NCBI GenBank assembly: GCA_043808015.1
Contig: JAZDFI010000029.1
Coordinates: 32,001 to 96,000 of the forward strand
Reading direction: 5' to 3'
Source: Candidatus Aenigmatarchaeota archaeon
Lineage (GTDB): Archaea > Aenigmatarchaeota > Aenigmatarchaeia > QMZP01 > QMZT01
Length of the DNA stretch: 64,000 nt
The position numbers and the translations under genes were made by a program. Numbering within the stretch: position 1 is the stretch's first letter; the number at the start of each line of letters is the position of its first letter. Below the pieces are notes generated by a model. It searched no databases and was not told the DNA's origin. It saw nothing but the letters and a program-made list of their open reading frames with translations. Of the stretch, positions 19,479-29,433 are shown one piece after another.

Positions 19479-19498
19479 GTCGCTAGCGCTGTTTAATG

Positions 19499-21043
19499 TT
19501 ATAGTTTGAACAGGTTTTTAAAGAAGTTTATCACGCCATCGAGCGCCGAAGAGAACCAGTCATCATTCGTTTTCGAGATTATTTTTCCGGTGGGTATGTT
19601 TATTGATTCATCATTTTGTGCGTCGTTTTTTGAGCCATTTTTATCCAGAACATTTTTTGTATTCCCGTCATCCTTTGCCTGTCCCGTGTTATTAAGAAAA
19701 TAATTTTTCAGTGCGACGCCGTCATTGTTTGTATTTCTTGCGTTCGTTACGCCGGTTGCATTGCACGTTGTCTTGTTTTCACACTTGCAAGCCTGACACG
19801 GCGGGCAGGAGCATGGCTTGGATGTTTCGATTGTTTTTGTTTTGCATAAAGAAGTTGCTTGGCCTTCTATTTTCAGTTCGCCATAATCCCGCGAATCGAG
19901 GCCTTCGGTCCTGACCGCATAGCTTCCGTTCGCATAATTGCCGTCGCAGTTGGGGTTTATTTGCAGCGGGATTGTAATTGTCTGGTTGGAAAATTTTTCA
20001 TAAACGTTAAGGTTCGCCTTTGCTATTTTTGTTCCGGCTGCATTTTCTATCCAGACATCTATTGAACTCTTTGTCGTGTCGCCTTTGTAAACATTGACAA
20101 CGACATCAACCATGTCGCCGAACTTCGCTTTTTTGTCGGAGCCTACGTCGATTTCCAGTATTTTTATTGATGATTCTTTTACCGGTGGTTCGCCGCCGAC
20201 CACGACGATTTTGTCCGCATGGTTGTTGGAAGCGCCGGTGTCGTTGCATCCGAAAACATAAAGATGCGCCATGATGCGATACGCTTCAGTCCCCTTTGTC
20301 GCTGGTGGTGTCCACTCCCTGGAGATGTTTTCATTGCATTCCATGGCCGCAGACGAATTGTGTTTTGCTTTGATGGCCGCGCCGAACAAATCCTCTATCC
20401 AGTATTCTACGACAACGTCTTTTTTCATACACGACGCGTCTTTTAAAACCAAAAAATAGTTCTGTTTTTCACCTGAATTAAAAAATTGCTCTGATGCTAT
20501 TGCGATTGATATGTCGCACGCATCCGCAACGGTCTCGTTGGTCTGGTTGTACGGTTCGCCCGCGCACGCGTTTTCGCGGCCGGGGGTCGATACATTCTGC
20601 TGGACTAATGCATCCGCGCAAATACCATAAGAAACATTCGCATCAGACCCCGAGTATATGATACTCTGGAGAGCGACTGAATTTTTGTACAGGGTGATGT
20701 TGCTCCCGGTGTTAGTCAGCCTCAGCGACTTGCCCTCCAGCAGTTTAACGCCTTCTGTATTCCACATCTCGCCAAATACGCTGGCGTTTCTTGTGATTAA
20801 CAAATATTCTCCGGCTGAAAGCGAACTGTTGATTATCGTCTGGTATTTTCCAGTCTCCAGCAAGAGGCTCTCCGCTTCGACTGGCTCGCTTATAAAAATT
20901 TCCAGCCATTCGGAGCAGTCGGAGCAGTTATCGGCCGGGTCTGGCATGAATTCGCTCACGAAAATCGCCTGTGAACTTCCTGCTAAAATCAGAAACAACA
21001 ACGACATTATCGATAAAATAAGCAGTTCAGAACCATGCTTCAT
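19499..21043 (-). CDS. Secreted lamin-tail-domain (LTD) protein with Ig-like domains and Cys-rich linker
   Basis: Signal peptide, SEFMPDP...EWLEI...GEYL...LTNTG LTD pattern, CSCPPCQAC. Confidence 0.75.
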   Translation of the reverse strand: MKHGSELLILSIMSLLFLILAGSSQAIFVSEFMPDPADNCSDCSEWLEIFISEPVEAESLLLETGKYQTIINSSLSAGEYLLITRNASVFGEMWNTEGVKLLEGKSLRLTNTGSNITLYKNSVALQSIIYSGSDANVSYGICADALVQQNVSTPGRENACAGEPYNQTNETVADACDISIAIASEQFFNSGEKQNYFLVLKDASCMKKDVVVEYWIEDLFGAAIKAKHNSSAAMECNENISREWTPPATKGTEAYRIMAHLYVFGCNDTGASNNHADKIVVVGGEPPVKESSIKILEIDVGSDKKAKFGDMVDVVVNVYKGDTTKSSIDVWIENAAGTKIAKANLNVYEKFSNQTITIPLQINPNCDGNYANGSYAVRTEGLDSRDYGELKIEGQATSLCKTKTIETSKPCSCPPCQACKCENKTTCNATGVTNARNTNNDGVALKNYFLNNTGQAKDDGNTKNVLDKNGSKNDAQNDESINIPTGKIISKTNDDWFSSALDGVINFFKNLFKL

Positions 21044-21075
21044 GAAATGATTGTGAAATATATGTTAAAATAGTT

Positions 21076-21099
21076 ATGTTTAAACATATGTTTAAACAT
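21076..21099. promoter_or_regulatory. Tandem perfect palindromes ATGTTTAAACAT x2, putative operator
   Basis: Exact copies at 21076-21087 and 21088-21099, next to minus-strand TTTTAAC TATA-like element of the LTD gene. Confidence 0.7.
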
Positions 21100-21110
21100 T
21101 TTTCAGGTTT

Positions 21111-21641
21111 TCACACACAGTCGGAACAAATCCATCTGCCGTTCGTGTTTCTAAGTTCCTCGGAAAATTCACTGCACTTCTCGCAAATGCCGGATATTAT
21201 TTCGTTGGGGCGCGCGACTATTTCTGCCCTGGCTTTCAGCCTCTCCGAAAGGATTTCAACAAGCTCAGGCGAGACAGTTATTATTTCCCTTGTCGAAACT
21301 ATGCCTTTCAGCTCGCCGTTCTCCACTACCGGGAATCTTTTGTAGCCGGTCTTGAGCATTTTTTTGGCGACCTTCATCATGCTCTCGTCCGAAGAAATGG
21401 TGATGAAAGGTCTTTTCATGCTGGCCCAGTAATCCCCCGCCTTGACTTTCTTGAGGTCCTTCTCCTTTGCGACCAGCGTAACGATATCGTTCGTTGTTAT
21501 GAGGCCGATGGGTTTGTTTTCGCTGATTATGACCACGCAGCCGATCTTGTTGTTCGTAAGGATTTTGGCTATGGTCGACATGTTCATTTTAGGGTCAATG
21601 GTGACCACGTGCTTCTTCATCACGTCTCTTACTCTTATCAT
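21111..21641 (-). CDS. CBS-pair protein with C-terminal zinc ribbon
   Basis: VRDVM..., two CBS repeats, GICEKC...WICSDC. Confidence 0.88.
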   Translation of the reverse strand: MIRVRDVMKKHVVTIDPKMNMSTIAKILTNNKIGCVVIISENKPIGLITTNDIVTLVAKEKDLKKVKAGDYWASMKRPFITISSDESMMKVAKKMLKTGYKRFPVVENGELKGIVSTREIITVSPELVEILSERLKARAEIVARPNEIISGICEKCSEFSEELRNTNGRWICSDCV

Positions 21642-21716
21642 CGAAAACACCCCGATTATATTCGTCGAACAGACTTTTTAAGCGTGTTTTATGGCATCGT
21701 AGCTGGCGCGATTCAG

Positions 21717-24452
21717 CTACTTTTTGGCTTTTTCCCTTATCTTCGCCTGTGCAGCTGACAATCTTGCTACCGGAACCCTGAAAGGCGAGCAGGATACGTA
21801 GTCCATACCTATTTTATGACAGAATTCTATAGTCCTTGGGTCGCCGCCATGCTCACCACATATGCCGATTTCCAGGTTTTTCTTTGTTTTCCTGCCGCGC
21901 TCTATGCCTATCTTCATGATGTCGCCAATACCCTGCTGGTCGATTGTCTGGAACGGGTCTTCAGGTAGTATGCCTTTCTTCAGATAGTCCTGCAAAAAGC
22001 TGCCTATGTCGTCGCGGGAGAATCCGAAGCCCATCTGCGTCATGTCATTCGTTCCGTAGGAGAAGAACTGCGCGATCTCGGCAAGCTTGTCCGCGACGAA
22101 AGCGGCTCTGGGTATTTCTATCATCGTGCCGAACATGTACCTTATCCGTTTCAGCTTGTATTTGGCAAGCACATTTTTGTAAACCCTCTCCGCAATTTCG
22201 AGCTGGTTCTTTAGTTCCTTTGGTTCAGAAACGACTGCTATCATTATCTCCGGGTATGGTTTCTTGCCTTCTATTATCAGCTCTGCGGCCGCCTCAAAAA
22301 TGGCGCGTATCTGCATCTCGGAAATCTCAGGGTATGTTATGCCCAGGCGCACGCCACGATGGCCCATCATGGGATTCGACTCGTGCAGATCGTCTGCGCG
22401 TGCTTTCAGCTCTTCCACGGTTATGCCAAGATTGCTGGCCAGGTGCTGCAGTTTTTCGCTGTCTTTTGGCACGAACTCGTGCAGCGGCGGATCAAGAAGA
22501 CGTATGACGACGGGTAGATTATCCATCGCCAGAAGCGTTTCCTTTATGTCTTTTTTGACATATGGGTAAAGCTCGTCCAGCGCCTTTCTCCTCTCGCTCT
22601 CTGTTTTCGAAACTATCATTTTGCGCAGCCTGAAAAGCGGCTCTTCGGAATTCTTGCCGTAGAACATGTGCTCGGTCCTGAAAAGTCCGATGCCTTCTGC
22701 GCCGAACTGCCTTGCCTTTGCAGCGTCTTCCGGCGTATCTGCGTTCGTGCGGATGCCGAGCTTTCTCACCGAATCGCAAAGCCTGAGGAAATCGTTGAAT
22801 ATTTTATTTTCCTTCAAGGCATCCATCATGGGCAGTCGTCCTTCGTACACGTTGCCTTTCGTGCCGTTGAGCGTCAGCCAGTCGCCTTCCTTGATGACTA
22901 TGCCTTCCGCATGAATCTCTTTTTTGGCTGCGTCGACATGCAAAGCCCCTGCTCCGACGATGCAGCATTTGCCCCAGCCTCTCGCCACGAGCGCCGCATG
23001 GGATGTCATGCCGCCGCGGGCGGTTAGAATCGCCTGCGCTGCGCGCATTCCTTCGACATCTTCTGGATTCGTCTCCTCGCGGACGAGGATGACGCACTTG
23101 CCCTGCCTGGCCCATTCCACCGCGTCTTTCGCTGTGAAAACTATCTGTCCTGAAGCGCCACCGGGCCCGGCAGGAAGGCCTTTGGCGATGATTTTGCATT
23201 TCGCTTCCACCTTGGTGTCGACTACAGGATGAAGCAGCTCATCGAGCTGCGACGGCGTCACCCGCATGATGGCTTCCTCTTTTGTGATGAGTTTTTCTTT
23301 TAGCATATCCATTGCCATGCGCACAGCGGCCGGGCCGTTCCTCTTGCCGATGCGGCACTGCAACATGTAAAGTTTGTCGCGCTCTATCGTGAATTCGATG
23401 TCCTGCATGTCGCGATAGTGATTCTCGAGTTTTTTCTGATACGTGAAAAGCTCCTTGTAAAGATGCGGCATGGTTTTTTCCAGCGTGACGAGCGATTTGT
23501 TGTGCTCCGATGTGGAATATACATTTATCGGGGCCGGCGTGCGGATGCCGGCAACGACGTCCTCGCCCTGCGCATTTATCAGGTATTCTCCGTAAAAATC
23601 GTTTTCACCGTTGCCTGGATTTCGCGTGAATGCCACTCCAGTTGCCGAATCGTTGCCCATGTTGCCGAAGACCATGGACTGCACGTTGACTGCTGTTCCC
23701 CATTCGTCAGGTATCCCTTCTATGCGTCGGTAACTGACGGCGCGCTTGCCGTTCCATGACGAGAAGACCGCACTTATCCCGCCCCACAACTGTTCGTCCG
23801 GGTCGTCCGGGAAATTCTTGCCGAGAACGTCCTTGACCCTGGTCTTGAAAAGCCAGCAGAGCTTCTTCAGGTCCTCCACAGTAAGGTCTGTGTCGCTTTT
23901 GTATCCATTTTCCTTTTTAACCTTGTCCATTATCTTTTCGAACTGTTTGCGTATGCCTTCATCGTCTTTTGGCTCGATACCAGCGGCCTTCTCCATCACG
24001 ACATCCGAGTACATCATGATAAGGCGCCTGTATGCGTCATAAACGAAGCGCTCGTTGCCGCCGCTCTGCTTGATCATGCCGGATATGGTTTTTGTGGTAA
24101 GGCCGACGTTAAGGACGGTCTCCATCATGCCAGGCATCGACTTGCGCGCGCCCGAACGAACTGAAACCAGCAGCGGGTTTGCCGGGTCGCCGAATTTCCT
24201 GTGCATGAGCGCCTCGATTTTTTTCATTGCCTTGCTGACTTCGCCCTTAAGCTCCTTGGGATATTTCCTGCCGTTCTTGTAATAATGTGTGCATACTTCT
24301 GTAGTAATCGTGAAGCCCGGAGGGACCGGAAGCCGCAAAGCGGGATGACCAGCCATCTCTGCGAGGTTCGCCCCTTTGCCGCCCAGCAGTTCCTTCATCG
24401 TCTCGTTGCCGTCAGCCTTTCCTCCGCCGAAAAAATAAACATTTTTTTTCAT
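21717..24452 (-). CDS. ppdK: Pyruvate, phosphate dikinase
   Basis: LLGGKGANLAEM, GGMTSHAA phospho-His, GICGEHGGD, SCSPFRVP. Confidence 0.97.
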   Translation of the reverse strand: MKKNVYFFGGGKADGNETMKELLGGKGANLAEMAGHPALRLPVPPGFTITTEVCTHYYKNGRKYPKELKGEVSKAMKKIEALMHRKFGDPANPLLVSVRSGARKSMPGMMETVLNVGLTTKTISGMIKQSGGNERFVYDAYRRLIMMYSDVVMEKAAGIEPKDDEGIRKQFEKIMDKVKKENGYKSDTDLTVEDLKKLCWLFKTRVKDVLGKNFPDDPDEQLWGGISAVFSSWNGKRAVSYRRIEGIPDEWGTAVNVQSMVFGNMGNDSATGVAFTRNPGNGENDFYGEYLINAQGEDVVAGIRTPAPINVYSTSEHNKSLVTLEKTMPHLYKELFTYQKKLENHYRDMQDIEFTIERDKLYMLQCRIGKRNGPAAVRMAMDMLKEKLITKEEAIMRVTPSQLDELLHPVVDTKVEAKCKIIAKGLPAGPGGASGQIVFTAKDAVEWARQGKCVILVREETNPEDVEGMRAAQAILTARGGMTSHAALVARGWGKCCIVGAGALHVDAAKKEIHAEGIVIKEGDWLTLNGTKGNVYEGRLPMMDALKENKIFNDFLRLCDSVRKLGIRTNADTPEDAAKARQFGAEGIGLFRTEHMFYGKNSEEPLFRLRKMIVSKTESERRKALDELYPYVKKDIKETLLAMDNLPVVIRLLDPPLHEFVPKDSEKLQHLASNLGITVEELKARADDLHESNPMMGHRGVRLGITYPEISEMQIRAIFEAAAELIIEGKKPYPEIMIAVVSEPKELKNQLEIAERVYKNVLAKYKLKRIRYMFGTMIEIPRAAFVADKLAEIAQFFSYGTNDMTQMGFGFSRDDIGSFLQDYLKKGILPEDPFQTIDQQGIGDIMKIGIERGRKTKKNLEIGICGEHGGDPRTIEFCHKIGMDYVSCSPFRVPVARLSAAQAKIREKAKK

Positions 24453-24532
24453 ATTATCACCCTCAAACTAGATTAAACCTTTTGGTCTTTTTAATTTAAA
24501 AATATATATTAGACCCGGCCCAACGTATATAT

Positions 24533-25015
24533 ATGGGCAAGAAAGGCATATCGCCAGTTATAGCCAGCGTCCTTCTCATAGGCATAACTGTCGCGGTTGG
24601 TGTGATGCTTTCTTCATGGATAACGCACTGGATAAGCAACAAGACGCAGGACATAAGCAGTGCCTGCGCCACGAGCACCAACTATAAGATAGATTCAATC
24701 ATCTATTCATCAGCCACAAAGAACATGACCATAATGCTGACGAACATGGGAAGCGTCGAACTTTACGGCTTCAGCGTCCAGATTCTGAACGGGACCGAGG
24801 TTATAGTTTATAACTACACTGATACTAAATTTAAAATAAGTCCCAACATAACGCAATCGAATCCGTTGAAACAGCAGAGATCTGCAATAATAATAGTTTC
24901 GCTCGACGCAAGCGGATACGAAGCCGGCCTCGGCGAGACAGCCGATATGGTAAAGGTTCTCAACAGCGCCTGCCCGGCGTTTTCGCTTGAAACGAGAACC
25001 GTGACAAGGGAGTGA
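24533..25015 (+). CDS. Archaeal type IV pilin
   Basis: Class III signal MGKKG/ISPVIASVLLIGITVA. Confidence 0.88.
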   Translation: MGKKGISPVIASVLLIGITVAVGVMLSSWITHWISNKTQDISSACATSTNYKIDSIIYSSATKNMTIMLTNMGSVELYGFSVQILNGTEVIVYNYTDTKFKISPNITQSNPLKQQRSAIIIVSLDASGYEAGLGETADMVKVLNSACPAFSLETRTVTRE

Positions 25016-25020
25016 TGTGC

Positions 25021-25458
25021 ATGATGAGAAAAGGTATATCCCCATTGATAGCGACCATAATGTTAATAGCTTTTACTATGGTTGTTGCAGGCATAATCGC
25101 CGGCTGGGCGACGCAGTTTGTGACGCAGAGCCGTTCGGAGCTGCAGTTCTGCTCCAAAGCCCAGATGCTGATACAGAGGGCATATTACGACAACGTGTCA
25201 AAAACGCTCACTCTTGCACTTTTTAACACGGGTGACGTTCCTCTCGATGGTTTCTCCGTAAGGATTACATATAACAACGAGACCATAACATCCGAGAAGT
25301 TCGAGGATCTTAACATATCATATCAGGAAATAAAGACTGCGGTCGTGCTTACTGACGATACGCTCAAACAGATAGCGGTCCAGTCCCTGCAATGCAGGGG
25401 TGCGCAGGATATGATAAACAGGTATGACGTCCAGGGCATAGGCTTCAAGTCGTTCTAG
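25021..25458 (+). CDS. Archaeal type IV pilin
   Basis: Class III signal MRKG/ISPLIATIMLIAFT; NTG motif. Confidence 0.88.
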   Translation: MMRKGISPLIATIMLIAFTMVVAGIIAGWATQFVTQSRSELQFCSKAQMLIQRAYYDNVSKTLTLALFNTGDVPLDGFSVRITYNNETITSEKFEDLNISYQEIKTAVVLTDDTLKQIAVQSLQCRGAQDMINRYDVQGIGFKSF

Positions 25459-25498
25459 CGCTCTTGCGCCCTTTTATTTACCTTTCACAATTCTTTTT

Positions 25499-25909
25499 AT
25501 GAAATTCCAGTTTATCAAGGACATGACTTCGGATGTCGTGTTCGAGGCATTTGGAAAGGATAAGAAAGAGCTTTTCGAAAACGCAGGATTTGCCCTGATG
25601 AGCGTCATATGCCAGGTGGATAAAATAGCGCCGCTGCTTTCCAAAGAAGTCGAAGTCTCGGGTGAGAACGAAAAAGACCTGCTGTTCAACTGGCTGCAGA
25701 AGCTCATAGAGATGGTTGACATCGAAAACATTTTCTTCTCCAAATTCGAGATCAAAAAAATCAGCGGCAAACACATGATTGTCAAGTGCTTCGGCGAAGG
25801 CTCCGACCCCGGCAGGGGCGGCACGCTCGTCAAAGCGGTGACTTATTACAAGTTCAACATTGAAAAGACGAAAGACGGTCTCAAAGCGACTGTCAGCCTG
25901 GATATATGA
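25499..25909 (+). CDS. Archease
   Basis: TSDV.FEAFG...LFENA, LVKAVTY, V.LDI C-terminus; next to rtcB. Confidence 0.93.
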   Translation: MKFQFIKDMTSDVVFEAFGKDKKELFENAGFALMSVICQVDKIAPLLSKEVEVSGENEKDLLFNWLQKLIEMVDIENIFFSKFEIKKISGKHMIVKCFGEGSDPGRGGTLVKAVTYYKFNIEKTKDGLKATVSLDI

Positions 25910-25913
25910 GTGC

Positions 25914-27326
25914 TTAGCCTTTGCAGACGCCGATCGGCAGCGCCTTTGCGACCTTGAGTGAGATGCCCATTCCATGGACGGATTCTATCACGTCGTCTAC
26001 GTTCTTGTAAGCGCCTGGCGCCTCTTCTGCGAGGACTTCTGGGTGCGTTGACTGGGCAACGATGCCCTTCTTCGCGAGGTCGTCCTTGACATTGCCTCCC
26101 CAGAACTTCTTTATCGCGTCGTTCCTTGACATCGCCCTGCCGGCGCCGTGCACGGTCGAGCCGAACGTCTTTTCCAGCGACGCTTCAGCGCCTTTGAGTA
26201 TGTAACTCGACGTTCCCATCGTGCCCGCGATGAGCACCGGATCGCCCGGGAAGCTGCGCGTCGACCCCTTCCGATGGACGTACACTTTTCGCTTCTTGCC
26301 GTCTATTTTGTGTTCCTCCACCTTCACTACGTTATGGCAGAGGCCGTAAAGCGTGTGCATGCCCATCGCTTCCCACTCGCGATTGAATACCTTCTCGAAC
26401 GTTTCGCGTATCCACTGGGTCATTACCAGACGATTGGTGAAAGAATAGTTCACGGCACATTTCATAGCGGAAAAATAATCCAACGCTTCCGGCGTCTTCG
26501 CCGGCGCGCACGCGAGCTGCCTGTCAGGGAGCCATATTTTGTATTTGTCGACCGCCTTCTCCTGTATTTTCAGGTAATCGGTCGCAACCTGATGGCCGAG
26601 CCCGCGCGAGCCGCAGTGCAGCATTATGAGGACCTGATCCGGACTCTCGATTCCCCATTTGCTGGCGACCGGCGCATCGTAAATTTCCGAGACCTTCTGT
26701 ATTTCCAGAAAATGGTTCCCGGCACCGAGCGTTCCCAGCTGTTCGAGGCCGCGTTTCTTGGCAAGGTCTGAAACCTTTTTCGGGTCGCCGCCTTCCATGC
26801 ATCCCTTTTCTTCCATGTGTTCCCTGTCGCTGGCGACGCCGTAGCCATTTTCGATAGCCCAGTTAACGCCGTGCGTGAGGACCTGCGCGAGCTGATCCTG
26901 CGTCAGCTTCAGCCTTCCATGAGCTCCGACGCCGCATGGTATGGTCTTGAAAAGGGCTGATATGAGTTCGTTGAGCTTCGGCTTCACTTCATCATAAGTG
27001 AGGCTGGTGCGTATGGAATTAACTCCGCAGTTTATGTCGAAGCCGCACAGGCCTGAAGAAATTATACCATCGTCAAAATCGAATGCAGACACCGCGCCCA
27101 TGGGAAGACCGTAGCCCCAGTGCATGTCCGGGAGGCCGATAACTGGTTCTATCACACCCGGCAGGCAGGCGACATTGGTGAGCTGTTCGATGGCAGCGTC
27201 TTCGATACCATTTATGATCTGGCTGTTGCCCACGATTTTTGCCTTCACGTTCATCTTGGGCCTGACGTTTTTTTCGAGTTCCCACTCGTAATCTGAAACC
27301 TGTTTCAGCTTGCTTTTCATCGTCAT
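25914..27326 (-). CDS. rtcB: RtcB tRNA-splicing ligase
   Basis: PDMHWGYG, DINCG, GNHFLE, HCGSRG, HRKG, HGAGR, EEAP.AYK. Confidence 0.97.
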   Translation of the reverse strand: MTMKSKLKQVSDYEWELEKNVRPKMNVKAKIVGNSQIINGIEDAAIEQLTNVACLPGVIEPVIGLPDMHWGYGLPMGAVSAFDFDDGIISSGLCGFDINCGVNSIRTSLTYDEVKPKLNELISALFKTIPCGVGAHGRLKLTQDQLAQVLTHGVNWAIENGYGVASDREHMEEKGCMEGGDPKKVSDLAKKRGLEQLGTLGAGNHFLEIQKVSEIYDAPVASKWGIESPDQVLIMLHCGSRGLGHQVATDYLKIQEKAVDKYKIWLPDRQLACAPAKTPEALDYFSAMKCAVNYSFTNRLVMTQWIRETFEKVFNREWEAMGMHTLYGLCHNVVKVEEHKIDGKKRKVYVHRKGSTRSFPGDPVLIAGTMGTSSYILKGAEASLEKTFGSTVHGAGRAMSRNDAIKKFWGGNVKDDLAKKGIVAQSTHPEVLAEEAPGAYKNVDDVIESVHGMGISLKVAKALPIGVCKG

Positions 27327-27428
27327 GCGCTCCCTCCAGAACTATGATGTGTTATTAATATTTAAAATAGTTTTTCTTATATAGGGTCATCAATTAATAT
27401 ATTAATGATGTTGAAGGTAGGTGGATAA

Positions 27429-27683
27429 ATGAGCAGTAAACAATTTTACAAAAGAGGATGGCATCACAATAAAGGCAGGGGAAGGGAAACGTCTGTCACA
27501 TGCGGTTTCTGCGGAAGGATTGTCCCTAAATACAAAACCTTTGCAGTTTACAGAGGATTTTCCATCACTGATCCTGCACTGAGACAGGAACTCGGCGGGA
27601 GAGGCGGTTCTTTGTTTTCTACCAAATTGTATGCGTGCCCTGGCTGTGCAAGGCACAGACAAATCGTAAAGAAAAAAAGATGA
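27429..27683 (+). CDS. rps26e: 30S ribosomal protein eS26-like
   Basis: GR...V.CGFCGRIVPK.K, DP.L..EL, Y.CPGCA.H..IVK pattern of eS26. Confidence 0.75.
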   Translation: MSSKQFYKRGWHHNKGRGRETSVTCGFCGRIVPKYKTFAVYRGFSITDPALRQELGGRGGSLFSTKLYACPGCARHRQIVKKKR

Positions 27684-27693
27684 TGGTGCATTG

Positions 27694-29379
27694 ATGGGCC
27701 TGAGGGGATTGCTCAGAGATAAATTAGAAAAGAGGAAAAACGCAGATGAAAATGTATATCCCAAGATTGAAATAAAGGAGCCCAAGAATCTGATAATATT
27801 TCCATCGCTGAAAAAAGCGACGGAAATCGACATACAATACCCGCTTCTGGAGCCGTTCGTATATGCCCACGTGAGATGGGATCAAAAAAAGAAAGGCCTT
27901 TTTTATGAAATAATAGAGCCTTCCCTTTCGAATACGGAGAAGGAAATCCTGGAAACCATTAAGAAAGACCTTCTGGAAATAATTGACGTCGAGTTATCGG
28001 CCATAAAGGCGGAGGGAAAGGTTTTCGAATACATACAGGAAAAACTGCAGAAAATACTCGAAGACGAGAATATGAAACTGCCTACGGAGGCATACATAAA
28101 GATAACTTACTTCATCTACCGCGATTTCGTGGGCTATAATGAAATCGAGGGGCTGCTTCATGACCCTTACATTGAAGATATAGGGTGCCCGGGCCTCAGT
28201 ATGCCTGTCTTCGTGGTCCACAGGAAATTCGGCTCCATCGAGACGAACATCACGTTCGAAGACAGCGGCTACCTTAACAATTTTGTCATAAAGCTCGCCG
28301 AGCGCAGCGGTAGATATATATCATACGCGAAACCTCTGCTCGACGGCTCGCTTCCCGATGGCTCGAGGGTCCAGGCAACGCTCGCGAAAGACGTCACGAC
28401 CAAAGGTCCGACATTCTCTATAAGGAAGTTCAGGGTCGAGCCATTCACCCCGATAGACGTCATAAACTTCAACACGGCGTCCAGCGAAATCATGGCTTAT
28501 TTGTGGTTAATGGTGGAATCGCGCGCCTCGGCCCTCGTATGCGGCGGCGTGTCGACTGGAAAGACCACGTTCCTGAACGTTATGAGCATGTTCATCCCGC
28601 CCGAAGACAAGATCGTTTCGATAGAGGATACGCGAGAATTGAACCTGCAGCACCAGAACTGGATACCGAGCGTTTCAAGGATCGGTTTCGGCGTGCCTGA
28701 AATAGGCGGCAGACGCTATGGCGAGGTTACGCTTTTCGAACTGCTCAAGGAATCTTTCAGGCAAAATCCGGATTATGTGATAGTCGGAGAGGTGAGGGGT
28801 AAAGAGGCATACGTCATGTTCCAGGGTATGGCAAGCGGCCACGCATCTTTGGGGACGATTCACGCAGGCTCAGTAGATGACGTGATAAAGCGCCTCGAAA
28901 TGCCGCCAATCGAGCTATCGCCGACGCTGATAGAGACGCTGGACATGGTCTTGGTCATGATACACGCGAAGGAAAAGGGTAAATCCGCCAGACGATTGAA
29001 AGAAATAGACGAGATAGAGTCAATAGATCCGAAAACCGGAACGCCCCACACTGTAAAGGCGTTTGCGTGGAGCCCGTCATCCGATACTTATTCCTCAAAT
29101 CTTGAGGAATCATACTTGCTTAAGAAAACTGCTTTCGAGAAGGGAATATCATACGACGACATGGTAAAGGAACTCAAGAAACGCCAGAAGATACTCGACT
29201 GGATGAGAAAATTCGGCGTGACGAATTTCGATGATGTTTCAAAGCTGATAAACCTGTATTACAAAGAACCGGGCATAATAACAGACTGGGTGGAAAAGGA
29301 TGTGCCGCCGTTCAAAACGAAAATGAAAGAGGTAAAAAAGGTGCTTGAATCGTACACCGGCCTCAAAGTAATCGAATAA
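27694..29379 (+). CDS. Second type IV pilus/type II secretion ATPase (ArlI/PilB-like)
   Basis: GGVSTGKT, SIEDTRE, FRQNPDYVIVGEVRG, SGH..GTIHA. Confidence 0.93.
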   Translation: MGLRGLLRDKLEKRKNADENVYPKIEIKEPKNLIIFPSLKKATEIDIQYPLLEPFVYAHVRWDQKKKGLFYEIIEPSLSNTEKEILETIKKDLLEIIDVELSAIKAEGKVFEYIQEKLQKILEDENMKLPTEAYIKITYFIYRDFVGYNEIEGLLHDPYIEDIGCPGLSMPVFVVHRKFGSIETNITFEDSGYLNNFVIKLAERSGRYISYAKPLLDGSLPDGSRVQATLAKDVTTKGPTFSIRKFRVEPFTPIDVINFNTASSEIMAYLWLMVESRASALVCGGVSTGKTTFLNVMSMFIPPEDKIVSIEDTRELNLQHQNWIPSVSRIGFGVPEIGGRRYGEVTLFELLKESFRQNPDYVIVGEVRGKEAYVMFQGMASGHASLGTIHAGSVDDVIKRLEMPPIELSPTLIETLDMVLVMIHAKEKGKSARRLKEIDEIESIDPKTGTPHTVKAFAWSPSSDTYSSNLEESYLLKKTAFEKGISYDDMVKELKKRQKILDWMRKFGVTNFDDVSKLINLYYKEPGIITDWVEKDVPPFKTKMKEVKKVLESYTGLKVIE

Positions 29380-29391
29380 ATGTTTAAACAT
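29380..29391. promoter_or_regulatory. Palindrome ATGTTTAAACAT, putative operator of rpa-radA
   Basis: Exact copy 4 nt upstream of TTTTATAA (29396-29403), 43 nt before rpa start. Confidence 0.65.
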
Positions 29392-29433
29392 AATCTTTTA
29401 TAATTTATTCTCAATCTTTATGCAGGGTTTGAT

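Noticed and set aside
24533-25458. Archaellin call for the tandem class III proteins
   Set aside because: Short proteins with a pilin-type ISP.IA N-terminus and no archaellum accessory genes in the window
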